Both the position numbers and the translations under genes were made by a program. Below, in pieces: positions 51,691 to 64,000 of a DNA stretch of 64,000 nucleotides. Within the stretch, counting starts at the first letter, position 1. Each line of letters starts with the position of its first letter. Origin of the DNA: Camelus ferus (taxonomy: Eukaryota); the NCBI RefSeq assembly GCF_009834535.1, contig NC_045697.1, positions 107,510,001 to 107,574,000 on the forward strand, in the 5' to 3' direction. Under the pieces are notes generated by a model, which was not told where the DNA came from, did no database searches, and saw only the letters and a list, made by a program, of their open reading frames with translations.

Positions 51691-53199
51691 AGGATAGAGG
51701 TCCCACTTGTTTGATGAACTACAGGGTAAATGCATAGAAATGCTGTTCACCACAAGCCATACTTACATTTCAGTGTCAGATGGTATGTTGTTGAGAGACT
51801 GAATCTGGGGCCTCAGATTCCCTCTCACTGTTTCTGAGGTTTTCTTCAGCTCCACAAAACATATAAGCACCCTCTCATAAATTCCAAAGAATATAGAAGA
51901 CTTTGACTTGGGCACCTTACGACAAGATGTCTGCACTGGATAAATAGTCCCAATTCACTACCCAATGCTATCAATAATCTTATGCTACTGACATTAAGTT
52001 TATGGGCTCAATAGAGTACGAATGTAGGTACATGATGGTAGGGACAATTCATTTAAAAATGAACAGATTGTGAGACAAGCTTGACTTCTGTTTGGAATAT
52101 TGTTTGTTGTTAATTCCTATACCCTGAGAGTAAAATCTTTAAAAAAGAATATAGTGACCTGAGAGAATGATTATATTTTTATAGGATTTTTGTAGAATAG
52201 CAATCTGGATGTTGTTCATTTTCTTTCCAAATATAATTAGCCATCTTTTCATTGCAATGAAAAGTCCACTCTCAATTATTACTAAAACACACAAACATTA
52301 GGTGAGGAGGAGGAACTGTAAGATATATTAGCTGCATGCCAGAAATTGGCTTTGGGGCAGCTTATGTGTCATTTATGCAAACCTGACTTTCAGATATCTT
52401 GGGTTTGCCTGTTGTCACCACACTACTCTATACCCAGACTCATCAACACATGGAGAAATACATTTGTTGGCATCATTCATGGGTTAACTCATGCATCACA
52501 GGCAATTAAAAATTAGGTCTGAGAAACACAGTGATCATTTGGTCAGGGGACACTTCCAGCAATACAGGGATGAAATACAGGACCTCGTCTACTCTGTCAG
52601 AAATGAAAGTAAGGTGTTGTGTGCTTTCTTTCCAGAACTGTGGATGAAACACCAGCAGATGCAGGTGAGTGAGACGGATCTTAGCCACATTATGGCTCAG
52701 TTTGCTCAGGCAGAGATCCCTCTGATCTACGAGACTCTGGGGCCAGAGAAAAAAGAATCAAAGATGATGCTGAATGTCTTGGAGGATAAGAGATTAAGGG
52801 ATAGAGATGGAATACAACAAAATCTGCTTTCAACAAATTCACAGTCTATGTTGAGATGCAAGAACCAACAATTTCTAAATCATGATGCAAGTACAAAAAG
52901 TGTGGAAGAACCTTAACATTTTGATTGACATATCCATGAGAATTGTGAGAGTCTGTGAAGTCTTCAACAAAAATACTCGCACAAATCCCCAGACCTCTCT
53001 CAAATAACAATCTGATCAAAATCCATGTATTTCCTGTGTATATCTTTGTAGCATGAGTTAAGTGCGTTTTTCACCTTTCAGTACAGTTTTATTAGTCATT
53101 TGCACAGGCATACTTGCCTTACAGCAGAAATTTAAAAAAAAATCCTGCATCAGCTGACATGCAACTTACTTGGCCTACAGGGTTGCCAGTGAATAATCA

Positions 53200-53900
53200 A
53201 ATGGTGAATATTAAATAAATGAATGCCCAAGAGCTACTGAAATATAGAATTATAAGGGAAGGTCTAGTTGTGACTAAGAAATTGCCAAAGGCTTCCCAGA
53301 GTAGATAGCATTTGATCTGAGCATCACTTTAGGGAGGCAAAATCTGAGCAGTAAAAGGGATGAAGGGCATCTAAGTTTAGGAGAATCATACGTACAGAAG
53401 CGTGAAGGTGCTAAGAACTGAGGGAAAGTGTTGAGTAATCCAGTTGTAGGTAGAGCTCAAAGTGTGAGGAAAATTTATTGGGAGATGATATTACAAAATT
53501 AATTCAGGATCACTTGAGGCAACTCGTGTATGTTATGCCTTAGCATTTGTACTTTTCTGTAGGCAATGGAGGAACGGTAACCTGGTAGGATGCGCCTGGT
53601 AGAAGGGTGGAGAATGGAAGCAGAAGGACCACTAACAACAGTACAAACCAGGTTTAAAAGCCTGACATAAGGAAAGAGTAAGAAGAAATGAAAGTGGAGG
53701 GTTGAGTGGAAACAGGATTAGGAATGGACACTATGTGTTGAGGGAGAAAGCAAAAGTAGTGAAGTACTACGTGGTATACGCTGCCATTAAGTGAGGTTAG
53801 GAACAAAGCAAGATAAAGCAGCAAGATGAGAGGATGGGCAGGAAGATTTTATGTTTAGGATATATTAAGTTTGAGGCTTCTCAGTGAAAAATCACATAGA
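53200..53900 (-). mobile_element. L2 fragment
   Basis: Purine-rich degenerate L2 (aaggcttcccagag...gcatttgatctgagc...tttaggatatattaagtttgagg). Confidence 0.5.
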
Positions 53901-53917
53901 AATGTTTACCTGACTCA

Positions 53918-55200
53918 TTCAAGATGGCTGGATAGGTAGTTACATCCACCTTCCCTCCCTCTAAATGCGAAGTGACAATAAAATAGAACTTAAAAATTTG
54001 AATGGAACCATAACAACAATAAAACAAACAAACAAAAAGCCAAGAATGGGAGTCATAAATAGATCAGATTACTGAGAAACCAAGGTTAAACAGGAATTCT
54101 CCCCAGGGAGATCCGTCAAAGAATAAAAAGTGGGCCGTGAGCAACTGAGAAGACAGTGAATTTAAGCACTGTGTTCAGATTACCAGATCCAGCTATTCAG
54201 CAGTGCCTAATCCACCCGACACCAATTACACCCAGTAGCCAGTCCATATGAAGTCGGTAATCTGCCTGGGCAGACTCTCAGTGGGGGACTTGGGGCTTGA
54301 GAGGGGCAAAGAGTAGAGTTTAAGGTAACTTAGGATTTAAGGTAACTTCAGTCCCAGAAACTGAGATGGAGAAGAAAGACAGGCCCTTGATGTAAAATAC
54401 AGTAAATTACTCTATCTGCAGATACATCTAATGCCTACATGTAAAACACATCCTCATTTTGGCAATTTGGAGCGTCTGAGCTTGCCTTCCTCCTCCTCGA
54501 CAGGAAAGCCCCTCTATTGGTACACCCACTGATACACCCATTGACACAGGCAGTTATATCTTCCAGAAGAAAGTATTTTTGGAGAAACAAACCTACTACC
54601 TATACCAGTCAATTCAGTCTTTTATTCATAAACAGGTACCTACGACCAATGACAAAAAAATCTACAGAAAATCAATAATATAAAATAGGAAGAACAAGAT
54701 GTACAATCATTCTGGATCAAAGAGAAACAAATTAGGGAGTAGAAGAGAATATTTAGGATATTCTAACTGGTATCCTCATATATGAAAAAGCATATTACAT
54801 CTATTAAAAAAGAAGATTCTGCCATGAAAAAGGAGCAACCAGAGAACAATAAACAGTTCTTGGAAATTAAATATGATTGTGAATATAAAAATTAAACAGA
54901 TAGGCTAAAAAACAGAACAGGCACACCTGAAAACTGAATTTGTAATCTAAAAAATAAGCTGACAGAATTTTTTAAAGCACAAGTCAAAACCACAAAGAGA
55001 TAAAGATAAAAACTAAGAGCAATGGAGAAAGGATTCAGGAGGTGCATATCATTCCTAAAATTAGCATTTCAAGAAAAGAGAATAGAGAGACTAGAGCAGA
55101 CAAGGTGCTCAAAAAAATGACAGATGAAAAGTTATCAACAGGAAATAATCTATCATGAGAATTTAGCATATAAAAGCCCAGAAGGATATTTATTTTAGGA
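53918..55200 (+). mobile_element. Ancient HAL1 / L1M 5' UTR and ORF1-like remnant
   Basis: caagatggc 5' motif at about 53920; A-rich coiled-coil ORF1-like stretch aaaaaggagcaaccagagaacaataaacagttcttggaaattaaa. Confidence 0.55.
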
Positions 55201-55531
55201 ACATGCTGTAAAAGTCTGTTAGGAGAAAATCTCTCAAGGAGAAGGATGGACAAAGGTAAGGCAAAAAGATAAGGTTGTTATAGATCTGCTCATTCAGCTG
55301 TAACATGTATTAAGAGGGGTTGCTGGAGGAGAGCTGATGAGCCCAAGAGAACTGCTGGAAACAGAAACCTGCAAATCAGAAGACGAAACGGAGATCATGG
55401 GAATAAAACAAAAGTCTAGGCAAGTTCTGTCCATTAGGTATTCAATAAGGAGAAAGTTCTGTGATATGAGACTTCTTAATCACTCTCAGCATTGACCAGA
55501 TATTACCAAAGCATGAGTAATATGATTTTCA

Positions 55532-55760
55532 GACTGGGATTTTAAAATTTGTAGATACCGACAGGCATATGCAGAATAGATAAACAAGATTATACTGTAT
55601 AGCACAGGGAAATATATACAAGATCTTGTGGTAGCTCACAGCGAAAAAAAAATGTGGCAATAAATATATGTATGTTCATGTATAATTGAAAAGTTGTGCT
55701 CTACACTGGAATTTGACACAACATTGTAAAACGACTATAACTCAATAAAAAATGTTAAAA
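55532..55760 (+). mobile_element. Young L1 3' tail insertion
   Basis: Perfect 13-bp TSD aatatgattttca (55519-55531, 55761-55773); AATAAA at 55744. Confidence 0.88.
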
Positions 55761-55789
55761 AATATGATTTTCATATATTTAACTTTAAG

Positions 55790-56548
55790 AAGTGGCTAAG
55801 AATCCACAACAAAATACCAGTTGACACCTACTAGGATGTCTGTAATTGAAAGGAGAGATAATAAGTGTGGAAAAGATGTGAAGAAAATGGAAGCCTCATA
55901 CACTGCTGGTGTGAACGCAAAATGGTGCAGCCTCTCTAAAAACAGCCCAGCAGTTCCTCAAAAGGTTAAACATAAATTTATCATATGACCTAGAAATTCC
56001 ACTCCCACTTTTTATTCTTTCCAAGAGAAATGAAAACATATGTCCACACAAAAACTTGTTCACAAATGGTTATCACAGCATTATTCATAATAGCCAAAGT
56101 GCAGAAACAACCCCAAAATCCATCAACTGGTGAATAGATAAGTAAAATGTGATCTAGTCACACCATGTGATATTATTCAGCAATAAAAAGGAATGAAGTA
56201 CTGATATAGGCTACACATGGATGAACCTTGGAAACATTATGTTAAGTAAAGAAGCCAGTCACAAAGAGACCACACAGACAACGATTCCATTTTGTGTGGA
56301 ATGGTCAGAACAGGCAATCTATAGAAAGAAAGACAGAAAGTAAATTCGTGATTTCCTAGGGCTGGGAAGGATGAGGGGTGAGGGCAAAAGGGTTCAGGGT
56401 TTTTTCTTGGGGTGAAGAAATGCTCCAAAATTGGTGATGGTAATGGCTGCACAATTGTGATTATGCTACTAACCCCTGCACTGTACGCTTCAAAGAGGTG
56501 AATTGTATGATATGTGAGTTATATCTAATAAAGCTTTTACCAAAGAAA
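55790..56548 (+). mobile_element. Older L1 (L1MB-like) 3' end
   Basis: aaggaatgaagtactgata...atggatgaaccttggaaacattatgttaagt...tatgtgagttatatctaataaagc, a typical L1MB 3' UTR. Confidence 0.8.
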
Positions 56549-56659
56549 GTTGCTAAGAATAACTGATTAAATGAATGAATAGTTGAGATTTTTATTTTTA
56601 ATATTTATGGAAATATAAGATCACATGAATTGGGACTCTGAATATCCAAATTTTAAAAT

Positions 56660-56810
56660 TTCAGATTTGCATTTCTCTGGTAATTAGTGATACTGAGCAT
56701 TTTTTCATGTGCTACTGGCCATTCGTATGTCTTCATTGGAGAATTGCTTGTTTAGGTCTTCTACCCATTTTGGGGTTGGGTTTTTTTTTTTTTTCTTATT
56801 AAGTTGTGGA
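56660..56810 (-). mobile_element. L1 ORF2 3' fragment
   Basis: gatttgcatttctctggtaattagtgatactgagcatttttt, nearly identical to 46748-46850. Confidence 0.75.
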
Positions 56811-56919
56811 TTTCTGGTTCAAGAAAAATATTTATGAAGTTCACACATTGGCCTGGCCACCAGATCTATGCCAAACTGAAAAGAATTGATGATAATCAGA
56901 GTTGCACATACTGACTTCC

Positions 56920-57090
56920 ATTCCATGTGCTATGTGCATCAACCCTAACCCTCATAGCCCTGCAATCTTTCTCATTTTAAAATGTGGAAACTGAAGTTCC
57001 CAGAGGGTAAGTAACTTGCTCAGGGTCACAAGACCAGCAAAGGACAGAAATAGGACTGGAACTCAGCTTGGTCTAACCCCAGTCTAATGT
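56920..57090 (-). mobile_element. MIR fragment
   Basis: ggaaactgaagttcccagagggtaagtaacttgctcagggtcaca. Confidence 0.65.
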
Positions 57091-58904
57091 TCAAGATGGC
57101 TTTTCACAACAGCACACACCTGATCTATCTTTTTAAATAGTGAAGGTAAAAATATCACATTTTTATTAACAAGTCAGAATTTTGCTTGTAAAAAGAAAAA
57201 AGTTGCAATGGGATAGAAGGGAGAGGTGTATTTAGAAAGACAGGGTTTATATGACTTTAAATGGTTCTTCATATCCTTGGGTGACAGTTGACTGGCGAAT
57301 TAACTGACAACATTCTAAGACATAAAGCCTTTGGTATAAAGCTTCAATAATAAAGGGGATTGTATTTAAGTAGGACTATAAGATTCTTAATCTCTAAATA
57401 TGATACATGGGAAATAAAAAAGATAAATGATCTTTCAATAAAAAGTCATAAGAAAGTCTTTCAGACATGGATTTGGCACTGATAGCAAGTAGTACAACTG
57501 ATTCAGCTGGAGGAATCAAGGGGGAAAAAGAAGCAGAAGAAATTTCTCAATAATAACTGCAGGCGACAGACACACTGATAATTCCATGGGAATAATTCTG
57601 ACTATTATACAAACTATGAAAAGACTTAGAGAGAACAAAGTATCTCTAAACTTTTCTCCCATTTTCCCAGTAACAGCACTGTAAAGAGGAAAGACCTCTC
57701 ACTAGTTATCTTTCCTCAGCCTTCACGATGCTAATCAGCAAAGGGCAAATAAAGCTGAAGCCAAGAATTTGTATACTTCCTTAGAAACCTATGCCCAAGT
57801 ATTTATAAGAAAAATCACTTAATATGTAAGTTAAGAGGGTACTCGGTTATGATCAAATAAAAAGTACAATAAATAGCAAATAAAAATGTAAGCCTTTACA
57901 CTATAAAAGGGGAAAAGAAATGTCTCTTGCTTTCTCTTTTCATAAATACCATTAAGATGTGGGAGTCAAACTGTGTAAGCTGATGTTGTAGACCCTCAAA
58001 ACGAACATGGGGGTAAGTGAAGTGATTTCCGTCTCTGGTGAGGACAGGCATTCATATTATGTTGCCCACTGCCAGAAATTAAGTCAGAAATGGAAAAGAG
58101 ATTAATAAATGGTAATTAATATTGTTATTATTTTTAAAGACTAAAAAGCACGAGGTATTAGATCAATACCATGTGTACCCAAGGGTATTTCCTAAGTCAA
58201 TGCATCATAACTGTTGGAGAAAAACTGAATATTCAAAAACTCTTAATTTAACACTCCTTTCCTGAGTACTGAGGAAAACTGCCATTGTTTGATATAAGCT
58301 TAGGGAAGGCTGAGTAATGTGGTTTGAGAATCGCTGCTAAAACAGAGACAAAACCAAAAACAAAGATTTTCAAATCTTTGCAAGAACAATAACTGAACAG
58401 GGAGTATATCTCCAAATATGTCCTCTTCAGAAGTGAGCAGCTCAATGTCAAGGCTCATTATAGAATTCAGCTTCTAAAGTGTTACATACACTTCGAGGCA
58501 TCAGCAGGGGCTGACTGCTCAGTGATTTTTGTGGGTTAGTTATTGGCCCCTGAATTTAGAAACTAGGTCACAAAAGCTGATTTGACATTCAACGGTCTAG
58601 AGTAAACAAGACATGGACATCTTACTGTGAAGCAACAGAATCTTTTCACATGCTTGAGGATTTTCTTGACTTCAATGACAGAGTGTACATGAGTTTGGGG
58701 AACTACACCTTTGGATTTTAGAGAAATTGTTCAAAACCTTACTAGGGCATAGAGGGAAAGCTCAACATCCAAGTTAACCTCAGGAAAGCAGAATTTGCAA
58801 TAAAGTCAAGAAAGGAAGATGATAAGACTTAACTGTAATTGTTTCTTTCTACACCTGAGGATCACAGAAATTACTTTTTCTCAGAATTATCTTAAGAAAA
58901 AAAA

Positions 58905-59150
58905 GGGGGTGGGGGAGGATGAAATCGGCCAAGGGGGTTAAGAGGTACAAACTTCCAGTTATAAAATAATTAAGTCATGGGGATGTAATATACAGCTCAG
59001 GGAGTAGAGTCAGTAATATTGTAATAACTTTGTATGGTGACAGATGGTTACTAGACTTGGGATTAATTCATAATGTACATAAAGCACTATATTGTATACT
59101 TGAAACTAATACAGTATTGTATGTCAGCTTTAATTCAATTAAAAATTTGA
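58905..59150 (+). mobile_element. L1 (L1MA-like) 3' tail
   Basis: aagaggtacaaacttccagttataaaataa...gtcatggggatgtaatatacagc...gaaactaatacagtattgtatgtc; ATTAAA at 59138. Confidence 0.8.
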
Positions 59151-60959
59151 AAGGAAATGACAAAAGTAAGAACATTAAAATTGAGATTTAAACATAAATC
59201 CAAGGTTTATTTGTAAAAGGCTGAACTATACCATGTTACAGTGAGAGACCGTAAGATACATGTGTCAAGTGAAACATACATTCTGGAAGAGCACGAGGTT
59301 TTAATGCACATCAGAACCTGGTTGTCTCTTAGTCGTGCCATCCAATTTGAAATAATTAACCTGTACAGAAAACATGTTTTCAATATTGGACTGAAATGTT
59401 AACCACATGGCAATGGGTGTGGCTGTCTCTAAAACATAGCCATAGAGAACATGACAGGTAAGAAGGAGCATCTCTATTGTATAGAATTCAAATATGTACA
59501 AGAATAATTAAAATGCTAAGGAATTTTATCACATCTGACTTTTCTGAGTTAAACTCTTTAAAGTCACTAATGTATTAATATTAATTCATTCAAGTCTTGA
59601 ATAAATAGTGTAACAAGATGGAGTTCCCTGTTAATTTGTTTTTTAGGGAAAAGACTCAGGAGGCATCACCATTTGGCAAGATTTCACATGAAGCTCTCTT
59701 ATAGGAAAAGGGACTCCTCCCTTAGCAGTGTCAAGTCTGCAGCAGAACAAATTCAGGACAGAGATGGGTTCTTTTCAGCTTCCCAGCATTTAGTAGTGAT
59801 TATACCCAGAGCTCTGCTAGATAATCCTAGGACAGACATACCTGTTCCTTGTAAAACATCATTTTAAAGTTCCTGGTTTGTTCTAGCTGAAAAGTCATCT
59901 AAATTCAAATTTAATTGGATGGATTTGCAATGGCCCAATGCAGGCTATGAGCTTTTCTCTGAAACCTGACCCATTCTCACTTCCTATAGAGACCAAGAAA
60001 TGGTATAAAGTTACCTGGAGAAGGAATACTGGAAAGACACATGACTTTAACTGTCTTAGAGGCAAAATAAATAAATAAAATAAAGCTGAAGATACAAAGT
60101 TCTTCCCCTGGTGGCAATTGTTTTGGTAGATTATTTTTTAACTATTGTTTTTAGGAAAATTTCTCCATCAGATTAAGAAGCTAAAGCAAAGATACAAAAG
60201 GCAAATACTTTAACATTGGGTAAAGTTTAGTATGAAAATGAAAATGAAAACTCCAGGTATCCATCTAGAGGAGCACGGACAACATTTCTCTCTCTCAGAG
60301 TTTCAGGTGTTCTGGGATAATGTTTGAATTAAGGTTGTGCTTGTAGGCTCTCAATATATGAAGGCTATAAAATCATTATGCTCTATTTTTGGCTTATCAC
60401 ATTACCTAAGATTTCCTTTGCAATGATGATGTTTAATACTGATGCAAGTAGTGCAAAAACTCATGTACCATCGATAGGAATGGGTATGATTTTTCTGGAG
60501 AGCAATATAGGCCTTTATAAAGTTTATGGCTTTTTCTCCAAAATTCTACTCCTTAAAATCTATCTTCAGGAGCAGAGAAGTGAGGGAAATTTCCATACGA
60601 AGACATTTATTGCAACTGTTCTTTATAACATCAAATCCAAGTGGTCAAACAATACTGGAATGACAAAATAAATTTTGACACATTCATAATTTTTTATAAA
60701 CTATGCAATTATCATATTCAACATTTATTGAGTGACAGGTAATAACCTAAGTATTTTATTCACAAGAACCCTATGAAGGAAGTTCCCTTTACTGATGAAT
60801 AAAAAAAAAAAAAAAAAAAAGAAATCTGAGTCATGGTGCTAGGTCCTCGTTCTGGGATTCCAAACCAGTCCAGCTCCAGGGCCGAAACTAGTCAGCACTC
60901 CACTGTATTGCTTTTTTTGTACGTTACTTTTCAAATGTGAAACTGAATTCTATTTTATA

Positions 60960-61490
60960 ATTTTTCTTCCAAGGATTTTTGTTTCAATATTCACAGCAAA
61001 ATTGATCTCTGGTTTTCTTTTAGGAGAAATAGCTTTTCCTTGTTTCAGTATCAATGTTCTCTTCCCTTCATGAAAAGGAATTTGGAGACTTCCCTTCATT
61101 TTCTATATTCTGAAACAGTTTAAAATCAAATTGGGATGATTTGTTTCTTGAGGTGGGGTAGATTTTTCTTGTAAACTTGAAGGAGAGGGTAGGGAGGATA
61201 GCTCTTTAGCAATTTTCTCTATTTAATCAAGAATAAATGTTCCTTTAGATTTTCTGTCTTCTGGGGTCAGCTACACACACTTACCATGTCATTAAAAAAA
61301 TTAACAGCTTTATTGAGGCACAATTTACATGCCACAAAATTTACCTGCTTGAAGTATACAATTCAATGATTTTTAGTAAATTTACAGAGTTGTGCAAATA
61401 ATTATCACAATCATTTTAGAACATTCCCTTCGCCCTGAAAAGATCCCTTATGCCCATTTAGAATCAATCCTGCTGCTATCTCCAGCCCCC
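60960..61490 (-). mobile_element. Old L1 fragments (L1M ORF2 piece plus L1MB-like tail at 61300-61490)
   Basis: ttaacagctttattgaggcacaatttacat...gtatacaattcaatgatttttagtaaatttacagagttgtgcaa. Confidence 0.65.
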
Positions 61491-64000
61491 CGTATCATTT
61501 TAATAGTACAAGTCTATAACCTTAACGTATATAAACAGATGCATCTATTTCATACGGATTAAATAAAACAGTAGAGTCAAATCTTGGGTATATTGCATAT
61601 AATATGACTATACTATATTAAAAAGTTATTTACTTTTGAAAAAACAATGTGGTGCTATGGACAAATGTTATAATTTTTCTTAATAGCTCATTAAAGCTAC
61701 CTGGTACCTATGGGAAAGAAAGCAGCGTGATTGTTCTCATTTTCTTATCTACAGTACTGACACTTCCACGAACACTTATTCTCAGTTGCCTCATTGGCAG
61801 CAAGCAGTGGGAAGCAGATACTAAAATACAATCACCCTGCCTCCAGACACATCAGAGACTGACATTCTTCTTTATTTCATGTTAACCATATTTTCTAACA
61901 ATCAGTTTTACATAATTTTCTTTTTAACTTCTATTTTTCCGCCCTAAAAAAAGTTGGGGGAAAGTCTAGCTTTTTCTAAACTAGACAAAGTGTTTTACCC
62001 ATAATGTTCAGGAATTTAGTGCTGAGAATTAAGTCCAGCAGACTAGAAGTCCAATATATTTTTCGTTAGCATTGAATAGAGACTTCTTTAACTAGAAAGC
62101 ATTAGTGTCATTTGATTTGTGATCCTTGCTTAAAGTTCTCCTCATACAATAGAGAACATTAAATATAAGATTAAACTCAATTTAACAGGAAAATATTTTT
62201 ACATGTTCAAACATGCATAATCCAGTCAGAAGCATATTTAGAGCTAAGATTAGCAAAACTTCTTTGAGCATCAAGAATTTCTTCCAATAATAAAAGTCAA
62301 CAGAAAACAGGCTCTTGGAGAAGTGGAAAGAGCACTGACTTTGGAACCATAAACATGGGTTCAGATCCATCTTCTTCCTCCTGCCTCTCTCACTCCCTTC
62401 TTGCCCAGCAGGCCCCCATAAAAACAAAAAACAAAACAAAACAAAATGCAAACAAAACAATTCAGTGGAAATATACTCCCAAATTTTCTTAAAGTGAATT
62501 TATACTGATTTAATTTTTTTTAATTCAGGAACTAAAGTAACTAAATTAAGTTGCTTCCCTGTCAACTTAATATCCTTATTGGCCATCTGTTACTTTCTTA
62601 TCATCTTCTCCTCAAAGACATAAAGTGAGCCTCAAAGACATTTAAGTGCGTATTACAAGATTGCGCTGAGTTTTAAACAGATGTATACTTACATGAAAGC
62701 CCAACTACAAAGCACTTAAGGCTCTGTAAGTATTGTGCTGACAAGTACAAATCCACAACAAAGGTGTCCAAAACACACACATACTCATGTATATATTCAG
62801 TCTGTACCTAGCCTTTGTCCTCAGCATATGTTCATCATATCCATAAAAGTTAAAATATTTAAATATTTTAAACAAAAGAGAAAAAATACTTGGCTCTTCT
62901 AGTTTCATACCTAAAAACTTATGTTCAAATGTTTCTCTGAAAAAAGTATTAGAAAGCTATCAAGTCATCAATAAGAAATGAGACTTTTAACTAGAAGATT
63001 ATAAATATAAGGTTCTATATAGAATAAGCATGAGAAAATTAAAAAGTAGTACTAAATCTATACTACTATATATTAAATATGTACTATTATTGCAGGTCTC
63101 TCCTTCCAAAAAAGGTCAAAGTTTAAAGATCTGAAAACCTGATCATTGATATAAAATTTCTTTCCAAGTTAGTCACTGGAAACTCACGCTTAAACTCACA
63201 AAATCTGAAATCAATTCCTTATGAGGGTTTACCAGAGAACTTGAAATCTTTGCAAACTTGTTACAAAAAATAATTTGGAAACATTTTCTGAAACAAAAGA
63301 AGAGAAATCAGGTCTGCTCTTTCATTTAGATAACTTCCATTACTCTCCAGCTCTGTCTCTGAGCACTGTCCTCTTTAATATTAGTTAAGGCCCTCTCTGT
63401 TTTAGTGAAGTCTCAGAATTTGGAGAAGCATTACTATTCCATCCTCTGTATGGGGAATAAGAGTGAAATATCTTCCTATTTTTCTTATTCCCCAATTACA
63501 GTTACTGCCGCCAATTAGTACAGTATTGTTTGGTTAAAATGTTTTCTCCTATTGGTCTTATCAGACCAGCTAAAATAGGGGAGGGGGGGAGATTATCACC
63601 AGTCTGAATGAGTAGGAGGGAAAAGAGGTGCCCTCAATCAGGGGTCTTTTTGGGGTCTTTTTCTGGAGGATGATTTGGCAATAGAGACTAGACTTTCTTT
63701 TCCCTGCAGGTAACTTCAATGAGGCCTAGGCTGACTTTTGTTTCTCAGACTTAAAGGTCAAAGAGGAGGGGCATCACACTTCCTCTTTGGTCAAAGAGCC
63801 ATGGCTGGCTCATGCACTGGTGTATATTCTCCAGCTGAGTGGAGACTGAGGGTCAGGCCTCTTCCACAAAGGAGGGATCTCTCTGTCAGTTAACTTCCAG
63901 AGGCAGGATCGAGGCCCTGCGTGGGCCCCAACCTGCATGCTGACTAGCACTTTCTCAAAGCTGTCTCTGAAACAGAGACTGTGACAGACGGTAAAACACA

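Larger units (their letters stand above)
1..64000 (-). other. SH3D19: Window lies within the 5' region of SH3D19 (parts of introns 1-3 of the long isoform)
   Basis: Two minus-strand exons with canonical splice sites join in frame to a peptide I recognise as SH3D19. The upstream first coding exon and the next downstream exon were not found, so the gene presumably extends past both ends. Confidence 0.8.

Noticed and set aside
52440..52510. HHSWVNSCI resembling a DHHC palmitoyltransferase motif
   Set aside because: Lacks the D and catalytic C as well as the upstream Cys pattern; likely chance.
60101..60117. Reverse CTCF-like motif TTGCCACCAGGGGAAG
   Set aside because: The key GGC 3' core is replaced by GAA; too weak to call.
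40400..64000. PRSS48 exons (I recall this gene being nested antisense in SH3D19 intron 1 in human)
   Set aside because: No trypsin-family motifs (VVGG, TAAHC, GDSGGP) or signal-peptide exon found; if present it lies beyond the window.
1..64000. CRISPR arrays, operons, rRNA or other prokaryotic systems
   Set aside because: The sequence is mammalian intron; recurring similar segments are dispersed L1/MIR copies, not regularly spaced repeats.

Overview
Eukaryotic, AT-rich mammalian genomic DNA, most likely from a camelid (a tRNA-Ala-derived vic-1-like SINE and cetartiodactyl-type L1 3' ends; I saw no Alu, B1, Bov-tA/BovB, PRE-1 or SINEC). The whole window appears to lie inside the 5' part of SH3D19, transcribed on the minus strand. 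Two tiny coding exons (38362-38401, 40 nt; 5211-5251, 41 nt) splice in frame to DRNERNKPEHRSSSQGPLSSIRAVIKR(S), which I recognise from memory as the N-terminal region of the long SH3D19 isoform. A candidate alternative 5' exon and promoter sits at about 40129-40345. The rest is intron filled with L1, L2, MIR, MLT/ERVL LTRs, hAT DNA transposons and one SINE. The most notable element is a 1027-bp LTR with a 6-bp TSD (betaretrovirus/ERV-K-like) nested in an L1. It carries a near-exact single-loop constitutive transport element (CTE, NXF1/TAP-binding RNA export signal) and has an odd PBS-like 3' end. Other leads: a near-consensus CTCF site, a candidate poison exon, a tail-to-tail L1 hairpin, a breakpoint shared by two L1 copies, and a DR1/HNF4-like motif cluster. 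Nearly all ORFs in the supplied track are spurious or repeat-derived. Gene and repeat subfamily names come from recalled consensus sequences, not from a search, and repeat boundaries without TSDs are approximate.
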